Below the pieces are notes generated by a model, which made no database searches, was not told the origin of the DNA, and saw only the letters and a list, made by a program, of their open reading frames with translations. The translations under genes were made by a program, and so were the position numbers. From contig OX597831.1 of assembly GCA_951406725.2 (NCBI GenBank), positions 71,796,001 through 71,860,000 of the forward strand: a stretch of 64,000 nucleotides of DNA. The letters are read 5' to 3'. Origin of the DNA: Octopus vulgaris. Taxonomy: Eukaryota. This document shows positions 25,311 to 38,860 of the stretch, piece by piece (positions within the stretch are counted from its first letter, which is position 1; each line of letters starts with the position of its first letter).

Positions 25311-26206
25311 AGAGGCTCCTTTCAGTTTCCGTCTACCAAAACCACTCACAAACCGTTAGTTGTCCCAAAGCTACAGTAGAAGACACTTGCCCTATGTTCC
25401 ATGGGTGGGACTGAACTCAGAACCATGTGGTTGAGTAGGTAGCTTCTTACTACACAACCACGCACTTTCTTTTTTAATCTTTTAGTTAAGTGGAAAGCAG
25501 TGCGCATGCCTCCATTACAGAGTCTAGGCTGTTGGTAGATAGGTAACCTCAGACCGGAAACCTGGATCAGATGTTCGCAATAAGCCGGGTGACGAGTTAA
25601 GTCTACCGCGCAAGTACGCCATGGTGGGATTTGGATTCAAAACGCAAAGAGACTAAACAAATACCGCTAGATATCTGAATCGACCTTCTTACAATTTCGC
25701 TAATTGTTTTCGATCTCGAAAGAACGAAAGTCAACGATGACCTTGTCAGTATTCGATCTCAGAGAATAGAGTCGCAATAATTACTATGGATCATTCTATC
25801 AGATACTCTAAGGACTCGGCCAGTTCACTGCCTCAGCTCACCAGGTCAAAAATATAAGCCAAATCTCCTTCAATCCTTACAAGGTCCAGTTCTTGTTGCT
25901 GTCTGCTGGTTTGTTTGCTTCAGGGACCCTAGAGCTATGCCAGCGGAACGCCAGCTCCTGGTCAGGCCGATCATGCTCGGCTGATCAAAAGGACTAGATT
26001 AATACGGACCACTTTTTCCAGGAGGTAAAAAAAGGGGACTGCGTTGAGAATAGGAAATAACAAAGTTATAGAAACATCGATGATATGACAAAAGCATCAA
26101 AGCTTGGGAGAGGAAGGCCTTCCCTCAGTGAGGTGCCCTCTGTACTGAGTCGAGAAGAGAAGAGCAAAATTGCCAATGGCTTTGCTCCATAACGAGCGAA
26201 GGACTT

Positions 26207-26260
<54 letters not shown>

Positions 26261-26294
26261 AACTATAACTACTACTACTACTACTACAACTATA

Positions 26295-26328
<34 letters not shown>

Positions 26329-26330
26329 AT

Positions 26331-26386
<56 letters not shown>

Positions 26387-26481
26387 ATCACTACTACTAC
26401 TATTACTACTACTACTACTACCACTACTACTATTACTACTACTACTACTACTAATCACTACTACTACTACTACTACTACTA

Positions 26482-26515
<34 letters not shown>

Positions 26516-26628
26516 CACTACTACTACTACTATTACTACTATTACTACTAATACTACTACAACAACAACAGCAACTACTACTACCACCACCACCACCACC
26601 ACTACTACTACTACTACTATTACTACTA

Positions 26629-26670
<42 letters not shown>

Positions 26671-26671
26671 T

Positions 26672-26724
<53 letters not shown>
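26207..26724. repeat. (CTA)n microsatellite
   Basis: Direct observation; interrupted ~520-bp array. Confidence 0.97.
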
Positions 26725-26725
<1 letters not shown>

Positions 26726-26969
26726 ATACTCTGTTGCTTCTTAACCGTAAGGATGGTGATGATCATACGAAGCTGGACGAGGGTACTGTTGAAAGTAACA
26801 GACGCCAGTGCATGACTGAGGGTTTCTATCTTTGTTCCTCTTACGTCGCTCTGAGAGGTCAACAACTACTTTGGACTCTACTAAGATTAGAACTCGCAAA
26901 GAAGGAGAATGCAATCCACTCATTGTGAAGGTCAGAATTCCGTTGCCTCTTCCTTACCATAGCATCAAC

Positions 26970-26985
26970 ATCGATGCCGTTGTCG

Positions 26986-27018
<33 letters not shown>

Positions 27019-27026
27019 CCACCACC

Positions 27027-27072
<46 letters not shown>

Positions 27073-27600
27073 ACATTATCATCATCCCCAAATCCACCAC
27101 CTCCACCACCACTACAATCATCATCATCATCATCCCGATTATTATCATCTTCATCTTCATCATTATCATCATCGTCGTTGACGGCGGCGGCGGCGGCGTC
27201 GTTGTCGTCGTATTCATCGTCATTATCATTATCATCTTTGTAATCCTCGTCATCATTCTCATTATCACCGTCGTCGTCGACGTCAGAACCATCACCATCG
27301 TCATCATCGTCGTCATCATCGTCGTCGCAGTCTTCGCAGCCTTCGCCGTCGTTGTAGTCGTCATCTTCCTCGTTATAGTCATCACAGCCATCCTGATCAT
27401 CGTCGTCGTCATCGTCACCGCAGTCGTCATCATTATCAGCCTCACCGCCATCATCATCATCATCATCATCATCGTCATCATCATCATCATCATCATCATC
27501 ATTATCATCATCATCATAATCATCATCATCATCATCATCGTCGTCATCATCATCATCATCATCGTCATCATCATCATCATCATCGTCATCATCATCAATA
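26970..27600. repeat. Degenerate (CAT/CGT/CAC)n trinucleotide array
   Basis: Direct observation; followed by a degenerate (CAA)n region to ~28000. Confidence 0.95.
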
Positions 27601-28207
27601 TTGGTGTCAACATCGTCACCAACAGCATAAACACAATGCATGAGTAATCACGATGCAAGCCGCATTAACAACGGCGAAACGATTTAAAACAGGCAAATTA
27701 CAACAAAAAACAACAAAAAACAACAGCAAACAACAAACAACAGCAATAGAAACAACAACAACAACAACATCCACAACAATAACACTGATAAATAAAGAAA
27801 GAAAAATATCAATTAAAGCAGTGTCAAAAACAATTTACAAGATAAACAACAACAAAAAAAGACAAGAACAATCATAGTAATGACAAAAACAAATCTATCA
27901 ACAACAATAATATAAACAATAAAAGAAACAACAACAACACCATGTAATTTAACATCGGTAACAGGAACAATAAGAACAACAACAACAATAACAATAGCAA
28001 TAGTTTTTTTATATATATATATATAAAATGATGTTTTTAGCAACTGCGAAAACAATTATTTCATTAAAATTGTGTGTATATCAATCAAATGTTAGTATAT
28101 AAGTGTGTGTGTGTGTATGTGTGTATACATACATATATATATGTGTAAATGTATCCGCTTGTACACACACATACATACATACATACATACATACATACAT
28201 ACATACA

Positions 28208-28243
<36 letters not shown>

Positions 28244-28253
28244 CACCCACACA

Positions 28254-28464
28254 CGAGGGTGTGCTGAAAAGTTCCTGTCTGGCTTTGGGTAAAAGAAAAT
28301 AGGGGAGGATCAGTTAATTATGATTTTGTTGAATATATTCCCCTCTCAGATTCACAGACTTATTGTAGTAATTCTTCAGTTTTCCTAAAGAACTTGGAAT
28401 GTAGGGCCCCCAAACCAGGCTTTTCACAACACTTTCATAGCCAGGAACTTTTCACCACCCCTTC
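28254..28464. mobile_element. Mariner-derived MITE
   Basis: Imperfect TIRs CGAGGGTGTGCTGAAAAGTTCCTG and CAGGAACTTTTCACCACCCCTTC; ~210 bp, no ORF. Confidence 0.7.
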
Positions 28465-28484
28465 CAATATATATATATATATAT

Positions 28485-28627
28485 TCTTTAATTTGTTTCA
28501 GTCATTTGACCGTGGCCTAGTACTTATTCTATCGTTCTCTTTTGCCAAACCGTTAAGTTACGAGGACATAAACACACCAACATCAGTTGTGAAGCGATAG
28601 TGGGAGGACAAACAGGCACACAAAAAT

Positions 28628-28675
<48 letters not shown>

Positions 28676-28837
28676 GACGGGCTTTTTTCAGTTTCCGTCT
28701 ACCAAATCCACTCACAAGGCTTAGGTCGGCCTGTGGTTATAGTAGGAAACACTTGCCCAAGGTATCATGCAGTGGGACTGTACCTGGAACCATGTGGTTG
28801 GTAAGCAAGCTTCTTACCACACAGCCACACCTGTGCC
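28485..28837 (-). mobile_element. SINE family S1
   Basis: Head, internal (TA)n and an internally deleted tail. Confidence 0.8.
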
Positions 28838-29220
28838 ATATGTATATACATACAAAAACTGTTAGGTGGGAGTTATTTCTTTTGGTTATTTATAAATAGA
28901 ATAGTAGATGGAATTTGAAACTGGAGACAGTGAAGGACTTGGCGACACTTCAGCTCTTTAACTTTCCATTCTCTTTTCTGTTTGGTACTTTTAATTCTTA
29001 TTTTCTTAATCATATTGTGTTCAGAAGTTACGTCAAAACACTTAACGCATATAAATCAATAGTGTAAGTTCTGTAAAACAAGCCATAAGTGATCCAGATA
29101 GCTTAAGGACGAGTTATATTGCCTGCTTGGTGAGTATCTGGCATACATTAAGCACGAAACTTTGAGTTAGTGTATTATCTCTAATGGGCTATATCATTAA
29201 TTTCATATATATTCCACTGA

Positions 29221-29298
<78 letters not shown>

Positions 29299-29311
29299 GT
29301 ATGTATATATA

Positions 29312-29665
29312 GTGGAGGCGCAATGGCCCAGTGGTTAGGACAGCGGATGTCGGTTATAGGATCGCGGTTTCGATCCCTAGACTGTGCGTTGTGAGTGTTT
29401 ATTGAGCGAATACACCAAAATCTCCGCGAGGCTCAAGCAAGGAATGGTGGAGATTCCTGCTGTATTCTTTCATTAAAACTTTCTCCCACTCTTCCTCCCT
29501 GTTTCTGTTGTACCTGTATTTCAAAGGGCCAGCCATGTCACACTCTGCGTCACGCCGAATCTCCTGAGAACTACATTAAGGGTGCACGTGTCTGTGGAGT
29601 GCTCAGCCACTTGCACGTTAACTCGATTAACTGGCGCCCTCGTCGTCGTAACCGACGGAGAGCCA
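29312..29665 (+). mobile_element. tRNA-derived SINE family S3 (variant head)
   Basis: A-box TGGCCCAGTGG, B-box GTTTCGATCCC; 3' half AAGGGCCAGCCATGTCACA...GTCTGTGGAGTGCTCAGCCAC is shared with the other S3 copies. Confidence 0.75.
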
Positions 29666-29796
29666 CGATGCATATATATCTAAACATATACTCATATTCA
29701 TATATATATATATATGTATATATATATAGATAGATATATAGATAGATAGATATAGATATTGATATAGATTTATATATCTATCTATCTATCTATCTA

Positions 29797-29837
<41 letters not shown>

Positions 29838-29979
29838 AGATAGATAGATAGATAGATAAATCTATATCAATATATATATATTTACATATATTATATAATT
29901 ACAGTGTATTTATATATAAATTTCGAATTGATCACTCATTTGTGGAAATGATCGTGTGTATGTGTATGAGTGTGTGTGT

Positions 29980-30052
<73 letters not shown>

Positions 30053-31059
30053 GAGGGTTTCATACACATGAGTAGGTGCGTGTGTGGGTACACGAATGTA
30101 TATTCATGTGGGATAGGCATGTGAATATATATATGGGTTACAAAGTTAATGTGTCAGAACGTGTATGTGTAAGGTGCTTTGATGCGTACTTGTGCTTATA
30201 TACTTGCATGCCCTTGTTTCATAAATGTGTGAATGTGCATCTGTGAGCATGTGTGTGTGTGCATGAGTATATAAATAAATGTATGATTGCCGACTGCGTT
30301 CTTGAGTGTGTGTATATACGTCTATATGCGCGAGTGAAAGAGGGCAAGTGAGAGAAAGTCTGTAATTGACTATATGTGACTCTATGGCTTATATTAAGTG
30401 TTAGTATAAAGCGACAGGGTCCTGCTGATTTTATCTTCTCATTAAACAATGGTTATTTTTATGAAACTCGTATGTTGTCCTTATTTATAATAACAAACTG
30501 TAGATTCTATGACATTTTTGCTATTAGAAGCGTTAATGCATGTGTAAGTAGCTTATAAAAACTATGAGATATAAGGCATGTCTGCAGTTCACAGCGGTCG
30601 TGTGTTTGACTAGCTTATAGAAACTGCGGGATATATAACATATCTGCGGCTGAAGTGTTAGTAAGTGTAAATAGTATATGGAAACTGTACAATATGTCCA
30701 CAGTCGTAATATTTTGGATTAAGCTTCCGGAAATTATAGAATAAGTCACATGTACATGGTGCATTCCAAAAGTTGTGAGACTTTTCAAGGTGTTTCTTAC
30801 ATTGATGTTGAGCAGAGAAATCCTAGAAGATCAAAGGTCAGGATCACCAGACTTTATCAAGAGAGTAACTGCAATGCATCCGTAGAGGTGGTGTCCATGG
30901 TTGTGTCCCAATTCGAATTCACAATAATGGAAATGAATGGCGATAGTAATGGGGATCTGCGAAGGTAACGAAAATTGTGTGTATTTGTTTATATGTGTAT
31001 ATATGGATATGTAGTGTTTGTGTACGTTCATATATCTTTCACCGATGTACTACAACGAA

Positions 31060-31285
31060 AGGGGGAGCTAGCAGAATCGTTAGCACGCCGGGCGAAATGC
31101 TCAGCGGTATTTCGTCTGCCGTTACGTTCTGAGTTCAAATTCCACCGAGGTCGACTTTGCTTTTCATCCTTTCGGGGTCGATTAAATAAGTACCAGTTAC
31201 GCACTGGGGTCGATATAATCGACTTAATCCGTTTGTCTGTCCTTGTTTGTTTGTCCTCTCTGTGTTTAGCCCCTTCTGGGTAGTA
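31060..31285 (+). mobile_element. SINE family S2, full length
   Basis: GAGCTAGCAGAATCGTTAGC head, GTTCAAATTCC, CATCCTTTCGGGGTCGAT, A-rich end. Confidence 0.85.
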
Positions 31286-32075
31286 AAAAAAAAAGGTATA
31301 AGCATCAGTGAGAAAACCGAAATCCCCCCCCACCGCTCCCACCCCAAAAAACCTTGCTTTACAAACAAAATGTTTGATCTGCATGGAACTACATCCACCT
31401 ACTTGTCACTACCAAAATTGCAAGAAGCCAATAATTGTTCCTTTGAAAACCTGTAAACAGCAACGGTCTTTGTTGTTACTAACTTCCATACAAAATTTTA
31501 AAACTAAATGTTATTTCTACCAACTGTGAACCACGTGATGTTTGCAATGCAAAGTGTTGTTGCTAAACTCCAGATCAGATTATGATTCAGTGTGTCTATA
31601 TGCAAGCCGTTACCATCCCGTCTTCATTTTCAGGCAGTGGACCATTTTATTCAATGACCTTCTGTTTTTAAGACAGTAGCGTAGGATTTGTGGGCGATTT
31701 GGCTGCTATTTTTAACCTTTTAAGAACCCATGTTTGTCTCGAGTTCAGGGTGTTATGAAATCGGTTTCAAGAAGCAGCACTACTGTTCTTGCTGAAGTGT
31801 TGTTGTTGTTGTTATCGTTGTTGTTATTGTAGCTGTTATGTTGTTGTTGTTGTTCTTGTTGTTGTTGAAGCACAGTTTTAGCTGTTCCCGTTTTGTGCAT
31901 TCCCTAAGCAAACCCATACAACGAAGGTAATCGAACCAATGCCTAAGTGCGACACCCACAACTGTTCTTCAAAGTATATACGTGTTTCCACCTTACCTGA
32001 TGATTATATTGCACATCATAAAAAGCAGAGAATTGATCATATGATATACAATGCTGGATTCTTGACTCGTTTTAC

Positions 32076-32133
<58 letters not shown>

Positions 32134-32759
32134 CATCGTCCAGTCAGTTTCCGAACGCCTGTAGAGTATGATGGTAGCAACAGCAGCGACGGACAGGGGG
32201 TAGGTGACGTGATTAGAGTCCAACTATAGCCGATTCTATATAGCCAGTTCTTTGTGCCACACATCATCGGTGGTGAGCACAGCAGCTAACCAACCTATTG
32301 ATGCCGCACCAACATTTGTTTAGTCCTTTTGCTTGTTACCTGTTTTAGTCATAGGACTGTGACTTGCTGGAGCACCATTCTGAAAGGTTTTGTCAGACAA
32401 ATAAACATTAGTGCTCACTTTTAAGTCTGGTAATTATTCTCTTAGTCTCATTTGTCGAACAGCTAGAATACGAGGACGTAAACAAACCAGCATCCGTTAT
32501 CAAGCGGCTGTGTGTGACAAACACAATGACGTACACACACACTCACTTACACACACGTACACACATACGCACACTTGTATACAATAGGTTTTCACAGTTT
32601 GTCTACCAAATTCATTCACAAGGCATTGGGTGGCTCAGAGCCATAGGAGATATTTTTCCAAGGTTTGGTGCAGTGGGACTGGATCCGAAACTATGTGCTT
32701 GCAAAGTAACCTTCTTAACTACACAGTCGTGTCTGTTGTTATTTCTTTTTATAAATATA

Positions 32760-33877
32760 CTAGCAAAGACACCCGGCTTTGCTCGGGATTAAAATGACAT
32801 AGTTTGTATATAATATATTACAGTTATGTTGAAACGGGTGATATGAGAAAGTGCAGTATTGACAACAAAATATTTGTGGAGTAAATGATGGGCTAATTCG
32901 ACTAAGCATCATGCTATGCGTCTGTTTGGAGTATTTCAGGCCCTAACCTGTAGGGGTTAAGTTTGTTTTGAACGCACCGAGAAATTGTCAGTGGATATAC
33001 TCTCTTTTGTGGCAGTCGGCGCTGTGTCTAACACGACCCATCATTTGAAATGTTGACACCTCCTTCGGGTTTGTTGTCCTACATCACTCATAAAGTAAAT
33101 TTGGAGGAACTGTGGTTGTTCATTTGTGGGTAACAGGGAACCAATGAGGTGACAGACTTGCCCTTGAACTTTGACGTTGTCGTAAATTCAAGTTTATCTA
33201 TCTTCTTAGATGCACCAAACGATGTCATTTGCAGAGTTGTATTGTCTAATATCGTCTGATATTTGACTGGATGGAAATGCTTTCTAGAAGATCCATGAGG
33301 TTGAGAAGGAGCTGGTAGTGCTGGCAATGTTTCCTGACCGCCTGAACAGCACATGCCATTGTTTCATTTGAAAATTTGAAAGCTCTGAAAAAAAGACAAT
33401 TTGAGTTTAGCACACCAATTTGGACAGACTTATTATTTTTATAAGAATGGGAAGGATCATATCTGAAAATAGCTTTAGGAGTTGTGAAGAACGAATTTGT
33501 ACGTAGTCTGTTTCTGAGAGCTATTCTATTGGACCTCTGTCCAATCATTAAAACATTGATTTAATGATCCAGCATTAAGTGCTGCAACATGCATTTGCTG
33601 ATGCTGAGAAAGTCTCATCTCGCTTCTCTCTTCAGACTCTCGCGTTCGGTTTTCTACAATCCTCCTTGCCTTGTCCTTGTTTCTGGAGAGATTACGTCTT
33701 TTCTTTGGTGGCATATTTTTCCCATTATTGTAAACAAAAAAATTATGAACATAGAAAGAAATTATACATTAATCCCTATTTTTGTAAGCAGTTGTATCCG
33801 TAAAAATTTTATTTGATGAGAGCAGAAATTGAAAGAACAGAGAAAGTGAAAGATGTATGTGCTTCTATATGAAATGG

Positions 33878-33919
<42 letters not shown>

Positions 33920-34936
33920 ATGTATGTGTGTGCGTGCTTGCGCGTGTGTATGTGAGAGATAGAGTGACTGAGAGAAGGTGAGTGAGTGAATGAGAGTGAA
34001 GTCGTGATGATTGACGTCTTTTAAGGTACAGACACATATAGAAAATGTGACATCATCATATAAAATTTTTACGATAGTTGATTTATGGAAAAGATTATGT
34101 TAAATTTTTGAAATGCAAATATGTGAATGAAAATTAAGTTTAATTTGTAGCCAAAATAGTACTGAATCTTTTGATATCCCATACGTCAAAATCTGTAATT
34201 CGGTTTTGGAAAGCATAAGGAACATATAATATCAATGAGGCAGACCTCTACATTGTAGCAAGACCTGGTAGAAATAGCAGCCAAATCTCCCTCTAAACAC
34301 CCTACTGTCTTAATCCGAAAATTCTGCCTATTATGTAGTTTGAATGAGAAACTGTAACTAAAGATTAAGATTATTAACCCCACAGAGAGAGGAAAGAAGA
34401 GAAACAGCATAGCGACGGTTTGGGCTGACTGTCATCCTATACTCCCCTTGTTGCTAGCGAAATGGCATGTGCCGGCTCTCTGAGCAACTGGTTGTTTTAA
34501 TGGCAGAACAAAAAAGGACATAAAGATCATAAAAATAGCGATTCTCACTTTGAAACTAACAATTTTGAAAATCTTTTTAGATTACGGAACGCCCCGCTCT
34601 CTCATGTATCCATGTTTAAAATTTCAGGAGTTGTGAAGAACGAATTTGTACGTAGTCTGTTTCTGAGATCTATTCTATTGGACCTCTGTCTAATCATTTA
34701 AACATTGATTTAATGATCCAGTATTAAGTGCTGCAACATGCATTTGCTGATCTTGAGAAAATCTCATCTAGCTTCTCTCTTCAGACTCTCGCGTTCGGTT
34801 TTCTACAATCCTCCTTGTATTATATTTGTTTCTGGGGAGATTACGTCTTTTCTTTGGATGATAGGATGAACAATACACGAGTTATAAGCGCACAAACAGA
34901 CGGACAGACAGAACGGATTTTATATATTAAGATAGA
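32760..34936 (-). mobile_element. Defective Helitron with decayed RepHel N-terminal region
   Basis: Minus 5' end TCTATCTTAATATATAAAA; 3' hairpin CCCGAGCAAAGCCGGG then CTAG|T. Frameshifted peptides FRYDP..Y..VQIG, MCCSGG..LP, LQMTSFGA, PQFLQIYF. Confidence 0.85.
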
Positions 34937-35743
34937 CGCAGACGTGGCTGTGGTAAGGAGCTTGCTTCCCAGTCACTCGGTTCCGGGTTCAGTACTACTG
35001 CTCAGTACCTTAGATAAGTGTCTTCTTCTATACCCTCGGGTTCACCAAAGCCATGTGAGTGAATTTGGTTGACGGAAACTGAATGAAACCTGCTGTATAT
35101 GTGCGTGTGTGTGTGTGCGTCTTAGCATCTGTATTTGCCCCACCACCACTTGACTATCGGTGTTGGTGTGTTTACGTCCCCATAACTTAGCAGTTCGGCA
35201 AAGGTGACCTATATAAAAAGTGCCAGGCTTTACAAAATGTACTGGGGTCGATTCGTTCGATTAAAAGTTGCTCAAGGATTCTGTCATTAGACTGCGGCCA
35301 AGCTGGGGCACCGCCTTGAGGAACGTTTGTTGAATGAACAGACAGCAGAACTGTTTTTAAAGCCTGATGCTTATTGTCAAACGGTACTGGTGGGGAACAA
35401 ACACAGACACAAAAACGCGCGCGCGCACACACACACATACACACACAGAGACGCACGGATACGCATGCACACATACATGCGCGCACACACACTGCGCGCG
35501 CACACACGCACACATGCGAGCGCACATACACACACACACCTTTCAGTTTCTGTCTGTCAAATCCACAGGGCTTTGGTCAGCCTGAGGCTATCGTCGAAGA
35601 CACTTGCCCAAAATGCCACGCAATGGGATTGAACCCGGAACCATGTGGTTGGGAAGCTTCTTGAATTTCTAGTCAAAGAAATTGAAGCTTCTTACCATAC
35701 AACCACGCGTGCATACATATATAATACAGACACAGACACACGC

Positions 35744-35791
<48 letters not shown>

Positions 35792-35960
35792 TCATACGAT
35801 GGGCTCATAGCAGTTTCCGTCTACCAAATCCACACACAGGGCTTAGGTTGACCCGAGGCAATAGTAACAAGGAACTCGGCCAAGGTGCCCCGCACTGGGA
35901 CTGAACCCAGAAGCCAATTTTGGGCAAGCAAGATTCTTACCAGACAGTCACTCATGTGCC
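34937..35960. mobile_element. Cluster of degenerate S1 SINEs (one plus, two minus)
   Basis: Plus copy ~34937-35280, minus copy ~35280-35710, minus head ~35795-35960. Confidence 0.75.
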
Positions 35961-35978
35961 TATATATATTAATAGAAA

Positions 35979-36065
35979 TGGTAAGATAACAAAAGAATGA
36001 AAGAGACCTCGATATTATGTAAATAGAGGAATTTATCTGTAAAATAATATGTGACAATTATTCGG
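35979..36065 (-). mobile_element. Solo fragment related to the PLE terminal region at 58619-58700
   Basis: GGTAAGATAACAAAAGAA...AGAGACCTC.ATATTATGTAAATAGAGGAA.TTTATCT is shared with 58619-58700. Confidence 0.75.
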
Positions 36066-37382
36066 AGTTTTATTATGGCTACTGAATAATTGACACATAT
36101 TACATTTACAGATATATATACATAAATGTATGAGTGTGTGTGTGCTTGTGGAACGTCTTTGATAAAAGACCAGCCTAAGAGAACCGAATCGGTACTAAAC
36201 AGCAGCTACTCGTATCAAAACTGTTAGTTTCTCCCAAGACGTCGGACTTGGGTATAAACTCCACGTTCTAAGCCCAACTAAGCCACAAATGAAATAACAG
36301 CATATAACCCTAACATCCTCAGCAAATATCCCTACCCCCCCTTCTTATTTACACTCTCAGACATTGCTGAAAGACACGTCGCTGTTATCACTAATTCCTT
36401 ACTCTGCTCTTTCCAAAACCACAACACAGATTCCAACCACCAACTGAACACAAAGAATATGTCAACTCGTCAAAAGCTAAAAGTGAAAAACAAAACACTG
36501 AAAATCTACAATAATAGAAATATAAAAGAAAAAGAAATCTCGCCCTAACATATTATTCCAACTACCATATACACAAACAAAACTATTGACGCTATTTCCA
36601 CGCTATCCACTTAAATACAAAATATTGAACACCTCCTTAAGAAAGCTGGCTCCAAAACAACAGACTTAAAGCAGCACTTACCAAATTCACTGTCCCCAGT
36701 GCTACCAGGAGATATCTATTTCAAACATCCATCACATATTGAGCAACGTAAACATATCACACACACACACACGCACGCACGCACACACACACACACACTC
36801 TCTCTCTCTCTCTCTTTCTCTCTCGCACACATACACACACACAGAACGAGAGAGAGAAAAGGCTTTGCATATGACGCCTCGACATTTCCCAGATACACAG
36901 AAGACGGACGAGCAAAAGGACTTACATCCGCACGCACACACGCACACACACACACACAGACGTACGCACGCACTTAGAGCACTCACAATGTACCACATTT
37001 GACCATCAGAAATAAACAGCAACAAGGGTTGTATAAACAACACAATAGAACCATTAAAGATTATATCAGCTCTGCTTCAGCTTCCAGCATAATAAACTGC
37101 GAACTACACAAACTAGCGCCCTTCACCTCATCACACTGTATGCATAGATCACACCTACTAACCACTTACAAAACTTGGGTTGGCTGCGGTTTTTAGGCCA
37201 TCTGCTGGCATGTTCTAACGTTTCATATCACGGAAATAATTTACATATGAATTAGTAGCAGCTCGAGGTATATAAACAAAATCGAACACACATACACAAG
37301 TTAGGTGTGGTCCCTCGCTTGACTCTGGTGTTTAAACCATTTAACATGTAGTCGTAGCAGGCCTTGTTCGGTATGCGACATT

Positions 37383-37797
37383 TATCTCTTTATTGCCCAC
37401 AGGGGCCTAAACATAGAGGGGACAAACAAAGACAGACAAAAGGATTAAGTCAATTACATCGACTGCAGTACGTAACTGGTACTTATTTAATCGACCTCGA
37501 AAGGATGAAAGGCAAAGTCGACCTCGACGGAATTTGAACTCACAACGTAGCGGCAGACGAAATACCTATTTCTTTATTACCCACAAGCGGCTAAACATAG
37601 AGGGGACAAACAAGGATAGATATAGGTATTAAGTCGATTACATCGACCCCAGTGCGTAACTGGTACATAATTTATCGACCCCGAAAGGATGAAAGGCAAA
37701 GTCGACCTCGGCGGAATTTGAACTCAGAACGTAACGGCAGACGAAATACCGCTAAGCATTTCGCCCGACGTGCTAGCGAGACTGTCAGCTCACCGCC
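37383..37797 (-). mobile_element. S2 SINE with a 184-bp tandem repeat of its 3' portion
   Basis: CTAAACATAGAGGGG occurs at 37407 and 37591. Confidence 0.85.
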
Positions 37798-38021
37798 AGC
37801 ATACCGTTCGGTGTGCGGCATTGATAAGTCTCAACAACGGCGAAACACCGATGTCTGTCGCTCCGAGAAATGACCTGACGTGAGCTGTCTCGCTTGACTA
37901 TGACGTTTTTCACACCAGGCGGATATATTCTCTTAGGCCTAAAAACCGCAGCCACGAGCTAACAACACACCTACCTTGTGTATGTGTGTTCGAACTGCTA
38001 ATATTTATATTTGAATATCTT

Positions 38022-38382
38022 TTTTACTCTTTTACTCTTTTACTTGTTTCAGTCATTTGACTGCGGCCATGCTGGAGCACCGCCTTTAGTCGAGCAAATC
38101 GACCCCGGGACTTATTCTTTGTAAGCTCAGTACATATTCTATCGGTCTCTTTTGCCGAACCGCTAAGTGACGGGAACGTAAACACACCAGCATCGGTTGT
38201 CAAGCAATGCTAGGGAGACAAACACAGACACACAAACACACACACACACACACACGCACACATACATATATATATACATACATATATACAACAGGCTTCT
38301 TTCAGTTTCCGTCTACCAAATCCACTCACAAGGCATTGGTCGGCTCGAAGCTATAGCAGAAGACACTTGCCCAAGATGCCAC
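38022..38382 (-). mobile_element. SINE family S1, 5'-truncated
   Basis: Tail (TACTCTTT)n through CORE GGGCAAGTG. Confidence 0.85.
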
Positions 38383-38612
38383 CTCTCTGGTTAGGCGAGG
38401 AAGGCAACATTCCGCCTAATCTGAACGAAGTGAAGTGTTTTTCGCAAGAATACAACGCGCTGATCGGGCTGGGTATCGAAGCTGCGATTTAGCGATCGTA
38501 AATGCAAGACCCTAACCAATGGACCACGCGCCTATACGCGTGCGTGCGTGAAGATGTGTATATGTGTGTGTGTGTGTGTGTATGTGTGTGTGTGTATGTG
38601 TGCGTGTGTGTT

Positions 38613-38676
<64 letters not shown>

Positions 38677-38725
38677 TGTGTGTGTGTGTTTGTGTGTGTG
38701 TGTGTTTGTGTGTGTGTTTGTGTGT

Positions 38726-38776
<51 letters not shown>

Positions 38777-38860
38777 CGGACGAATGTGTAAATGTTTTTT
38801 GCTTCATTTTTAAAATATTTCCAATTGAGAAGGATGGTATTCAAATACCAGCTGGAATAT

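Noticed and set aside
26832-27658. Asp-rich, Ile/Val-rich and Met-rich ORFs
   Set aside because: Degenerate (CAT)n array open in multiple frames. No splice or domain evidence for an acidic protein, although it cannot be fully excluded.
29312-29385. tRNA-like sequences with A and B boxes
   Set aside because: SINE heads; no complete cloverleaf, and they continue into SINE bodies.
30790-30964. Possible exon (AG...AAG|GTAACG) within a 72-aa ORF
   Set aside because: No recognisable protein; preceded by a mariner-TIR-like string, so it may be TE-derived.
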